Assembly: GCA_963542825.1 (NCBI GenBank)
Contig: CAUTZD010000002.1
Span: forward strand, 6,326 to 70,325
Reading direction: 5' to 3'
Length of the DNA stretch: 64,000 bases
Origin: an uncultured Acholeplasmataceae bacterium
GTDB lineage: Bacteria; Bacillota_I; Bacilli_A; ML615J-28; CAG-698
Positions 9,496-17,942 of this stretch are shown here, piece by piece (position 1 is the first letter of the stretch; each line of letters begins with the position of its first letter). Below the pieces are notes generated by a model that saw nothing but the letters and a program-made list of their open reading frames with translations, made no database searches and was not told where the DNA came from. The position numbers and the translations under genes were made by a program.

Positions 9496-11136
9496 ATGCT
9501 TACAAGAATTAAAAGATTTAACATTCTAGTAAAACTTCAGTTATCAGAAGTATTTAGTAAAAGAAGCTTTAAAAAACCATCACAAATATTTAAAATGATG
9601 GTTGTTATGGCTATCATTTTCTTTGCTCTTCTTTATGGAACTCAAGTTTTAATTAATGTTATTACGCAGGGGGCAAAGCTGAATCTTAGTCCCTTAACGG
9701 AATTCTTTTTATCAGTCATCTTTATTTTTCAGATTATTGAGCTTGTTAATATTATCTCAGGATTATCATCATCTCTATATAAAAACGAACAAAACAAAAT
9801 CTTAATAACCTTTCCGGTAAATGGTCCGATGATTTATTTAAGTAAACTAACAGCATACTATCTTCGGTCTCTTCTTAAAAATGTCTTGATTATGTTTCCG
9901 ATATTCATCGCTTATGGAAAATATTTTCAGGTTTTTAGCCATTACGGTGTTCTCTATGTTTTTAAAAGTCTTTTCATTAGCATAATGCTTCCACTTTTTA
10001 TGGTACTTTTAGGAGCATTTCTTACAACTCCGGTAACGTTTATTGGTTCTCTTTTTAAAAGAAGCACAATTGCTTCTCTTGTTTTAGCGTTTTCTATTGT
10101 TGGGGTTATTATTTATTTTATTCACGCCTTCATCACAAATCTTCAGGGAGCAGATGGAATGATTAATCATATCGAATTTTATAACAGAATCAACATTATG
10201 ATTAAAGAGAAGCTTCCTAAATTTAATTACCCATCACTTTTCATTAAAAACTTTTATCGTTTTCTTTTTGCCTATAGGGCAAGTGATAGTTTTCTTAATC
10301 TTCTGCATCTTGCTATTTATTTCTTAGGACTACTTGTTTTTGGTATCGTCCTTTCGATGTTTGTCTACATTAAACTATCTAGTTATATCTTCGAAGAAAC
10401 AACGAAAAGAAAATATAAGCCAACGAGGTTTAGCAAAAGAATACATAGTAAATACATAACTTATTTAGTTAAGGAATTGAAAATTGTTTTTCGAAGTAGC
10501 GAAACAGCAATTTCAACGATTATGTATTTAGCGATTCTTCCGATTTCTCATTTCTTTCTATCTTATCTTTTTAAATCGTTTAACTTATCAGGTAGGGGAA
10601 TTAGACTAACAACAACTGTGATGCTTTTAATTGGGCTTTTGATTGTTACAACATCTAACCACCTTTCAGCATCGATTATTACGCGTGAAGGTGATGAATT
10701 TTATTTAACCAAAGTTATTCCTACCGATATCAAAAAACTCGTAGCTGCTAAACTGACAATCAACTTTGGTTTAGTTTTCTTTACAATTCTTTTTGATTTA
10801 GCATTGCTCTTATTTATTAAGCAAATGCCAACTATGACTATCATTAAATTAACAGGGATTTTACTTATTGTGGCTTTTGTTCATATCGTTTGGTCAGCAG
10901 AAATTGATATTTTAAAGCCTGAGCATAAAATGTACGGGGAGCTTAAAACTCTTGACTATAGTAAAAATATTCAAACATCGATGGCGATTGGAATCACACT
11001 TTCGCTTTTACTAGTACTTTCGTATATGTCACGGCTCGGGATTATGCTTACTTATGGTATTGGCCTTACGCTTCTTTGTTACAGGTTAGTCTTAATCAAT
11101 AAGAAACTTGATTTCTACTATAAGGATACGGAATAG
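9496..11136 (+). CDS. putative ABC exporter permease (about 12 TM)
   Basis: Very hydrophobic 546-aa ORF 4 nt after the ATPase gene. Assignment rests on context and topology only. Confidence 0.6.
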   Translation: MLTRIKRFNILVKLQLSEVFSKRSFKKPSQIFKMMVVMAIIFFALLYGTQVLINVITQGAKLNLSPLTEFFLSVIFIFQIIELVNIISGLSSSLYKNEQNKILITFPVNGPMIYLSKLTAYYLRSLLKNVLIMFPIFIAYGKYFQVFSHYGVLYVFKSLFISIMLPLFMVLLGAFLTTPVTFIGSLFKRSTIASLVLAFSIVGVIIYFIHAFITNLQGADGMINHIEFYNRINIMIKEKLPKFNYPSLFIKNFYRFLFAYRASDSFLNLLHLAIYFLGLLVFGIVLSMFVYIKLSSYIFEETTKRKYKPTRFSKRIHSKYITYLVKELKIVFRSSETAISTIMYLAILPISHFFLSYLFKSFNLSGRGIRLTTTVMLLIGLLIVTTSNHLSASIITREGDEFYLTKVIPTDIKKLVAAKLTINFGLVFFTILFDLALLLFIKQMPTMTIIKLTGILLIVAFVHIVWSAEIDILKPEHKMYGELKTLDYSKNIQTSMAIGITLSLLLVLSYMSRLGIMLTYGIGLTLLCYRLVLINKKLDFYYKDTE

Positions 11137-11146
11137 GAGAAACAAA

Positions 11147-11566
11147 ATGAATCGTAAAATGTCGATAGCGTTAATTTTAATTGCAACTTTTATGTCGGTA
11201 CTTCTTGTTATTCTTGTTGGTTTAAAGCCAGTGATTGAGCCATCAATCGAACCAGCTCGCGAAATTCATCTCAAAGATGAAAAAGGTAGCGACGCTTACA
11301 AAAAAGTTTTTTATTTTAAAAGTCTTGGTGATTCGGTTGTTTTACAGTATTCCTTCACCCCTGAAAAAGTAATTTCTGAAGAAATTAAATGGCGTCTTGT
11401 TGATGGCGAAGGAAAAGAAGTAACAAATCTTGAAATTAGTCAGGATAAACACACCAAAGCTTTAGTTGTTACAATAAAAAAAGAATTTGTCGGAAGGCTA
11501 TTTCTCTATATTGATACAGAGAATCAAATTGCTCATACTGAATGCTCGTTCCGATTTGAACCATAA
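11147..11566 (+). CDS. small membrane-anchored extracytoplasmic protein (Ig-like beta-rich domain)
   Basis: ATG at 11147 is preceded by an AGGAGA SD. N-terminal TM anchor, then a beta-rich about 100-aa domain. The ORF-track start at 11108 was trimmed. Confidence 0.6.
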   Translation: MNRKMSIALILIATFMSVLLVILVGLKPVIEPSIEPAREIHLKDEKGSDAYKKVFYFKSLGDSVVLQYSFTPEKVISEEIKWRLVDGEGKEVTNLEISQDKHTKALVVTIKKEFVGRLFLYIDTENQIAHTECSFRFEP

Positions 11567-11580
11567 AACGATATTAGTCT

Positions 11581-11690
11581 CTAAGTCTTTAAGGCTTAGT
11601 AGGGACCAGGGAGTCCATGTACTAGAGAAAAATTTCTCTTTCAGAAGAGTTGATTCTAGGTTAGCCTAAGCCGCGGTAAAACCCGGGAAA
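11581..11690 (+). promoter_or_regulatory. candidate structured RNA / cis-regulatory leader (unclassified)
   Basis: Locally GC-enriched intergenic stretch with several complementary segments: GGAC/GTCC 11603-11616, AGAGAA/TTCTCT 11624-11639, the overlapping alternative CTCTT/AAGAG 11636-11649, and long-range GGCTTAG/CTAAGCC 11593-11599 with 11666-11672. Confidence 0.3.
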
Positions 11691-11752
11691 CGATTAAAAA
11701 ATGATCTTTCTTAATCAGATACTTAAAAGATATAAAAAAGCAAGGAGAAAAA

Positions 11753-14700
11753 ATGAAGCATTTAAAAAAATTATTTGTGTTGATTTTTATAAGCCTCATC
11801 TCTTTAACACTAGCGGGCTGTAAAAAACGATTAACTGGTGATTTACAATATTTTACAATTGAAAATGTTCAAGAAGGAGGAGTTCTTAAAGAAGGAACGA
11901 CATTCTCTTTCCAGCTTAATAAAGAAAAATTACCAAAAGACAAAGTCTTAGTTAAGGTTATTTACAATAACAAGACTTTAGATAATCCGTATGAAAAGAT
12001 TACAGAACGGGTACACCGAAACTGTAAATTAACAGTTGTCTTCCGTAATCTTTATAAATACGATATTAAGATGAACGATATCGACCGTGAGGCTATTACC
12101 CTAAGCCCTAAAAAAGATAGGTACTTAGAAAACGAAACAGTAACAGGAACAATTGATTTAACGAAAGTTCCTGAAGGGAAGAAAGTTATAGGTGTCAATA
12201 TTAATCAAAAGCCTGTAACAAACTTTAATATTGAAACGAACACTTTTACTTTCGTTTGCTCTGAAGAGATTGCTTCTGACCAGGTTATTAATATTGCCTT
12301 AGTTTATCAAAACGTCAAAGTTTATAAGCTCGAGTTTTCTGGTATCAGCAGTGAGCTTAGAAGTTTGATTGATCTCAAAGACAAGTATTCAGAAGGATCA
12401 GAAATAATAGTTAACAGCGAAACTTTTAAAAACTTTAAAAGTAAAGCTGTAAGAGTTAAAAGAGTATCGTATAAAGACAGGGTTTTAGATCTTAATGTTG
12501 ATAACAAAATTACTTTTAATGAAAACGTTAAGTTAGAAATTGAAACTGAACCAATTCCTACTTATACAATCACAAGTCTAGGAAATGGACGCGATAGCCT
12601 AGTTAAAAATCCTGATAAACCAGTTTACTACGAAGGTGATGAAGTTGAACTGACATTTGATTTAACAAAGCTTATCTACCACCACCATATGAAAGAAGTT
12701 AAGGTAAACGATGAAGCAATCGACTTCACAAAACCTTATAAATTCAAAATTATGAAAAATACGAAGGTGGAAATAACTAGTGAAGAAGACCCAAAACACT
12801 TGGTGGAAGTAGATGATTCTCAAAATATTTTAAGCATTGCTAATCTTCCTAGCGACCATCTTGTTTACGAAGGAACGAAAATCACTTTAAGAGTTAATGA
12901 AGGAAATGTTCCAATTCACCACAGTGTTAAGGTTACAGTTGATGGCAATACGTTAAGTTTTACAAATCCACAAGAAGAAGTAACGATTGTTAAGCCAACT
13001 AAAATCAAAGTTGAGTTAATTGAAGACGAAAAAAAGACCTTAACTTTAACAGAAACTGGTGGCAGTTATATAACGCTTACTCCTAACGATGGAACTGTGT
13101 ATATTGGTGAAAATGTTCAGGCTGAGCTAAAAACAGCAGAGCTTAAAAACGATAACAAACGGGTTAAAAGCGCTAAGTTAAATGGCGAAGATGTTACTTT
13201 TCCATTAAACGTAAAACTTAGTGAAAATGTAACTTTAGAGGTAGTTTATGAAGAACTACCAAAATATGAAGTTACAAAGCCTAGTGATGTCGATATCTAT
13301 CTTAATGATGTGATAACAACTGAAACAAGCTTTTATGAAGGAACAGTTCTTAAATTTAAATACAATAAGCCTGTACAACCAACAGAGATTGCTTTGCTTA
13401 AAGTTAATGGTGAAGGCTATGAAGAAGGAACGCCTTACACTTTAAATAAAAATACAACCGTTACTGTAGAAGTAGTTGATGATGAAACAAAGATTCAAAG
13501 TATTGCTATTACAGTTGGTAGTAAAACCGAAGTATCACCGTTAAATGCTAATGGTAAATACCTTGTTGGGAGTAAGATTACTTTTAAAGCTATTAAATAT
13601 CATAAGCTTACCGAAATTATCATAAATGGCGAAAAAATAGAAATTACCGGAAATACTGAAGAATATCAAGTTACCGTTACAAAGACAGTAACAACGATTG
13701 AAGTTAAAGATGAAACTGTTATTGAATATAAACGTAAACTCAATTTAACACTTGCTGAAGGTGTTAAAGTTGTTGATCCAAAACCAGACAATGTTTACAC
13801 AATCGGTGAACAGTTAAAACTACAAATCATCAATACAAACCTTAAAGATTTTGAACTTGAAACAGTTGAGCTTGATGGTGTAAGCCAAACGATTACAAAC
13901 AGCACCTTTCATATGATTACAGTTACAAATTCACTAACAAACGTTGTAGCGACATCAAAAGTTGTTAGAGTACTTGTTAAGCTAAATCTTGATGGCAATG
14001 TTAATAGTACTTTAACAACAAACGAAGAAAAAGTAAATGTTGGATCAATAATTACATTTAGTGCCAAAGACTTTTATAAAATCGATAAAGTTATTGCTAA
14101 AGATTTTTCCGGGAATGAAACAACAGTTAATGTTAATTATCCTGTTTATGGATATACAGTAACCGAGAACACAAGAGAATTAACAGTAGTAACTCTTAAA
14201 ACACATACTGATTTTATTGGCGATAATACTAAATATACTTTTGTTTCGGATAAACCAGTTTATAAGGGGAAATACGAAATCGGTTCAACAATTACGATTA
14301 CTCCGGTTCCACATCATAAGTTTACTTATGTGAATTACAATCTAACGGCAGTAGCTATCGAAAGCGATGGAACAGCCAAGTTTACGCTTCTTGATGGCAA
14401 GACTTTAGAAGTCGGAATTACAAGAACTCATTATCATGTGACACTTGTGAATGGCGAAAATGTTACGGCAACACCGAGTGATCTCTGGGTACTAAATGGT
14501 GAGAAAATTACTTTAACAGCTAATGAACACTATACGATTCGTAATGTTAAAATATCAGGAACTCTTGTTGCTGTTTACGATAATACTTTTGAAACGGTTG
14601 TAACAAGCGACTTTGAACTTGAAGTTGTTACTGATATGACCGAGTGTCAAATAAACATCATTAAACCTAGCGAAGTAGATCATATGATATCTTCAACTCC

Positions 14701-17044
14701 TGATAGTAATGGTTATTATAAAGCCGGTACTGTTGTTTCCTTTAAGGCTCCCGACGGCAAGGCTTTCAAGAAAGTTAAAATTGACGGCATTTTAAAAGAA
14801 TATTCAGAAGCGGAATGTATTCAGGAACTTAAATTCTATGCTTGTTATGATTTTACAAATTCGCTTGAAATAATTGATGAATATCATCTCGTAACTAAAG
14901 TTGAGACAGTTTTACGTAAACCTTTAAAACTTAATGATACAATCTTTAATGGTGAAGTATATGAGGACTTTAATTTAGCAAGTAACATTACCCTAGAAGA
15001 AGCTGAAGTAGTAACGGCGAAAGCCCCTGGTTCTAGTACAGCTGAAAAACTTGTTTGGTTTAAAAAGGTCGGTATCTATCACATTCAAGCTGTTAAGGCA
15101 AGTGGCGAACACGTTCTTTACGAAATTAATGTAAAGTTTGAAGTTGATGGTATTGATCTTCTTTACAACAAGTTTAGTCATATGGATAGCTTCAAGGTTA
15201 AAAATGAAGTACGTGAAGTTGGGTTTAAAAACGTTTATGAACCAAACGTTGTTGCTAAAACTTCGAAATTGAGACTCGATGCTGGTGAGCTTATTGAGGA
15301 AGAAACGTATGTTCCTTCTGACTCACTTTCTTATAACTACGAAGCAACGGACAAAGATACAGGGTTAGCGGTCGATTTTGAAACGCTCGCTCACGGCTTA
15401 CAGTTTAAAAGCGATGCTTTAAACAAGACCGTTCAATTAAAGATCAAATATGCAGGTTACCAAATCATTGAGGAATTTAAAGTTGTCGATGGATTCAACG
15501 CTTACACAGATAATGGGTTGCGTGAACTTTTTGAAGATTTAAGTGTTGAAAAGATTCTACTTCAGCGTGATATTTATCCAGAGCTTAAAGATTATCAAAA
15601 AGATATTTGGGTTGATAATAGTAACCAAGTTCACGTTTCCTTAGTTAATGGTGGACCAAACAATGCTGGATCTTTCTATAAACGGATTTTAAGCGGCAAC
15701 GATCCTAACCAAAAGTATGTTGATCTTAACGGTAACTACTATATGATTAATGCGAAAAATATCCCGCTTGTAAAACCTGCAGATTATGCTAACATCAATG
15801 GTGAATATTTCTCATCAGTTGTCAACGATATCTTTAATGGGTTATTCCTTTTCTTAGTTAATGGTGTTTTAACTTACGATGGAAAACACAGAATTAGAAA
15901 CCTTCAAACAGTTGGTAATACAAACTTACCAGAACTTCACGGTGGCCAAATGAATATGGTAGCTAAAGGATCTGGCGGTCTTCATGGCATTCGTTGTTCT
16001 GTAGCTGATTTTGAAGTTCAAAATTCTAATATGTCATATTTTGTTATTGGTTCTTTCTCAAGAGCATCGTCAGTAATAATCAATAATAGCCGATTTAATA
16101 TAAACTGGGGATCAAGTGTTTTCTATTCTAATCTATATTATCATAGTCCAGAATTTACAACGACAACTTACAAAAAACTTGAGCTTACCAATTCTGAACT
16201 AGGCAGTTCTGGTGGACCAGGGTTATTTGTTCTTGACTGGGATAAGCGTGTTCGAACAAAGCTAAATGATGATTGGGCACATGATACTGACCCTAATAGT
16301 ACGGTTTTAGATGCGACACCAGAAGATCCAAAGGGACTTACACCATATGAGTTCAACCGTGATCCATATGTTAAAGTTGAAAATACGCATATTAGAAACT
16401 ATATGAAAGGTGATAGTAGTTGGTTTACTTCAATTGGAATTAACGTCAACGCTTTACTCGGGCCTGTTGATTCAACGCTCGGAGCTATTAAACACCCGAC
16501 CCTTCATCCAAAAAGTAAGACAATTTACTTTGATGAACATGGAAATAAAGCAACACAGCTTAACCATAAGTACTTTAACTTCATGGCTTATTTCCAAAAT
16601 AATTATATTAATGACTTCCAGGACAATAACTTTAATAAGCCATATACTGGAGTTCATGATACACCACAATTTGATATTAACTGGAAATATCCAGAAGCGC
16701 TTCAGTGGATACGCAATTATCATAAGAGTAATTATCTAAGCGAAGATCCAGTATTTAATGCGTTTGCGAAAGCTGCTGGTGGAACTTTCACACCATTTGG
16801 ATTTGATATCGTTCAAAAATTCAGAGAAAAGTTTAATTTGAATCCAAGTCTTGATCCAAATAACATTCAGATGATCTTTGCCAGCTGTATTATCGAAGGA
16901 TATTTGACGCATAAAGTAATTCTTAATAATCCAGCGGATGGGCGTGATTATTTGGAATTTATTCCATACGGACATCCACTTGATCCAGAACACAAACACC
17001 GCTTCCCAGGATTTGTAATGCTTGAGATGATGGATAGAGACTAA
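11753..17044 (+). CDS. giant surface lipoprotein: about 13 tandem divergent 75-85-aa beta-sandwich repeats plus a C-terminal beta-helix-like domain
   Basis: Signal peptide with lipobox LTLAGC and a strong SD. Recurrent module pattern: Y.EG..v.l, then (K)V.vNG..i, then ...t.V.ve. The C-terminal about 750 aa contain Gly/Asn/Ser-rich turns suggestive of a parallel beta-helix. Confidence 0.85.
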   Translation: MKHLKKLFVLIFISLISLTLAGCKKRLTGDLQYFTIENVQEGGVLKEGTTFSFQLNKEKLPKDKVLVKVIYNNKTLDNPYEKITERVHRNCKLTVVFRNLYKYDIKMNDIDREAITLSPKKDRYLENETVTGTIDLTKVPEGKKVIGVNINQKPVTNFNIETNTFTFVCSEEIASDQVINIALVYQNVKVYKLEFSGISSELRSLIDLKDKYSEGSEIIVNSETFKNFKSKAVRVKRVSYKDRVLDLNVDNKITFNENVKLEIETEPIPTYTITSLGNGRDSLVKNPDKPVYYEGDEVELTFDLTKLIYHHHMKEVKVNDEAIDFTKPYKFKIMKNTKVEITSEEDPKHLVEVDDSQNILSIANLPSDHLVYEGTKITLRVNEGNVPIHHSVKVTVDGNTLSFTNPQEEVTIVKPTKIKVELIEDEKKTLTLTETGGSYITLTPNDGTVYIGENVQAELKTAELKNDNKRVKSAKLNGEDVTFPLNVKLSENVTLEVVYEELPKYEVTKPSDVDIYLNDVITTETSFYEGTVLKFKYNKPVQPTEIALLKVNGEGYEEGTPYTLNKNTTVTVEVVDDETKIQSIAITVGSKTEVSPLNANGKYLVGSKITFKAIKYHKLTEIIINGEKIEITGNTEEYQVTVTKTVTTIEVKDETVIEYKRKLNLTLAEGVKVVDPKPDNVYTIGEQLKLQIINTNLKDFELETVELDGVSQTITNSTFHMITVTNSLTNVVATSKVVRVLVKLNLDGNVNSTLTTNEEKVNVGSIITFSAKDFYKIDKVIAKDFSGNETTVNVNYPVYGYTVTENTRELTVVTLKTHTDFIGDNTKYTFVSDKPVYKGKYEIGSTITITPVPHHKFTYVNYNLTAVAIESDGTAKFTLLDGKTLEVGITRTHYHVTLVNGENVTATPSDLWVLNGEKITLTANEHYTIRNVKISGTLVAVYDNTFETVVTSDFELEVVTDMTECQINIIKPSEVDHMISSTPDSNGYYKAGTVVSFKAPDGKAFKKVKIDGILKEYSEAECIQELKFYACYDFTNSLEIIDEYHLVTKVETVLRKPLKLNDTIFNGEVYEDFNLASNITLEEAEVVTAKAPGSSTAEKLVWFKKVGIYHIQAVKASGEHVLYEINVKFEVDGIDLLYNKFSHMDSFKVKNEVREVGFKNVYEPNVVAKTSKLRLDAGELIEEETYVPSDSLSYNYEATDKDTGLAVDFETLAHGLQFKSDALNKTVQLKIKYAGYQIIEEFKVVDGFNAYTDNGLRELFEDLSVEKILLQRDIYPELKDYQKDIWVDNSNQVHVSLVNGGPNNAGSFYKRILSGNDPNQKYVDLNGNYYMINAKNIPLVKPADYANINGEYFSSVVNDIFNGLFLFLVNGVLTYDGKHRIRNLQTVGNTNLPELHGGQMNMVAKGSGGLHGIRCSVADFEVQNSNMSYFVIGSFSRASSVIINNSRFNINWGSSVFYSNLYYHSPEFTTTTYKKLELTNSELGSSGGPGLFVLDWDKRVRTKLNDDWAHDTDPNSTVLDATPEDPKGLTPYEFNRDPYVKVENTHIRNYMKGDSSWFTSIGINVNALLGPVDSTLGAIKHPTLHPKSKTIYFDEHGNKATQLNHKYFNFMAYFQNNYINDFQDNNFNKPYTGVHDTPQFDINWKYPEALQWIRNYHKSNYLSEDPVFNAFAKAAGGTFTPFGFDIVQKFREKFNLNPSLDPNNIQMIFASCIIEGYLTHKVILNNPADGRDYLEFIPYGHPLDPEHKHRFPGFVMLEMMDRD

Positions 17045-17058
17045 AAAAAGAAAGGAAA

Positions 17059-17086
17059 GGCACTTAGATTTCTAAGCGCCTTTTTT
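17059..17086 (+). terminator. rho-independent terminator after the giant lipoprotein gene
   Basis: GGCACTTAG / CTAAGCGCC stem (one mismatch) followed by TTTTTT. Confidence 0.7.
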
Positions 17087-17159
17087 AGTTTTTACCTTTT
17101 AAAATAAATACCAATATTTAACTGTGAAAGTGTATAATTAAGTTTAGCGAGGGAATGAA

Positions 17160-17942
17160 GTGTATAAGTGTTTAGACTGTGAATATACAATTAATGAAGT
17201 GAGAAAAAATTGTCCAATTTGTGAAGGGAAACTTAAATACTTTTTTCATAAACAGAGAAAATATACAGCTACGCTTCCCGAGAAACTTAATTTAAATGAT
17301 GACCAGAGTTTAACGTTTGGTTATTTTTGCCCAAGCTGCGACAAGCTTACAGAAAATAAAGCGTGTTTAGTTTGTAATCGTATCGGCAGTTTGACACTTG
17401 TTTATAATAATAAATTTGCAACAGTCAAAGATCTTGATGGTTTGAGTGATATATACACAGAAGAAGAACAAAAAGAAATCGCTAAGGCTTTAACAGAAAC
17501 TGAAAAAGATTTAATTTATACTAGTTATAATAGTAGTAGTAAAAATATCGTTAAAAGAAGTATTGTTTCTTTTATGGCTTATTTAATCGTTGGTTTAGCT
17601 TTGTATGCTTTATTTTTACCGATTGCGATTGAACTTTCCAAAAAGAAACTAGGAATTGCTGTGATGATTAATGCTTTGAGTGATGGTGTTTTAGTATTCT
17701 TTTTAAGTGAGGCACTATTGTCAATAACAAGACCGAAAAGACTAGTTACTTTAAACAGTAATTTAATTAGGCTATCGCTTGTTGTTAGTCCGATGCTTAC
17801 GTACGCGATTTTAGCGACGCTTTTTTTAAAAACGATGCGAATGGTTTTGATTATTGGGTTTATCGTTACTGGTGTTAACTTTTTAATTATTTTCGTATAT
17901 GAATTAATTATTTTTATGCTGGCGAGATATAAAAATGTATGA
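17160..17942 (+). CDS. membrane protein with two N-terminal zinc-ribbon motifs
   Basis: GTG start with a GAGGGA SD. CxxC-x12-CxxC and CxxC-x9-CxxC are followed by about 4 TM helices. The 3' end overlaps the mnmG start. Confidence 0.6.
   Translation: MYKCLDCEYTINEVRKNCPICEGKLKYFFHKQRKYTATLPEKLNLNDDQSLTFGYFCPSCDKLTENKACLVCNRIGSLTLVYNNKFATVKDLDGLSDIYTEEEQKEIAKALTETEKDLIYTSYNSSSKNIVKRSIVSFMAYLIVGLALYALFLPIAIELSKKKLGIAVMINALSDGVLVFFLSEALLSITRPKRLVTLNSNLIRLSLVVSPMLTYAILATLFLKTMRMVLIIGFIVTGVNFLIIFVYELIIFMLARYKNV

Noticed and set aside
11487-11669. 60-aa ORF spanning the end of the small anchored protein gene and the structured intergenic element
   Set aside because: It has no SD, overlaps a better-supported CDS, and its sequence is better explained by RNA helices.
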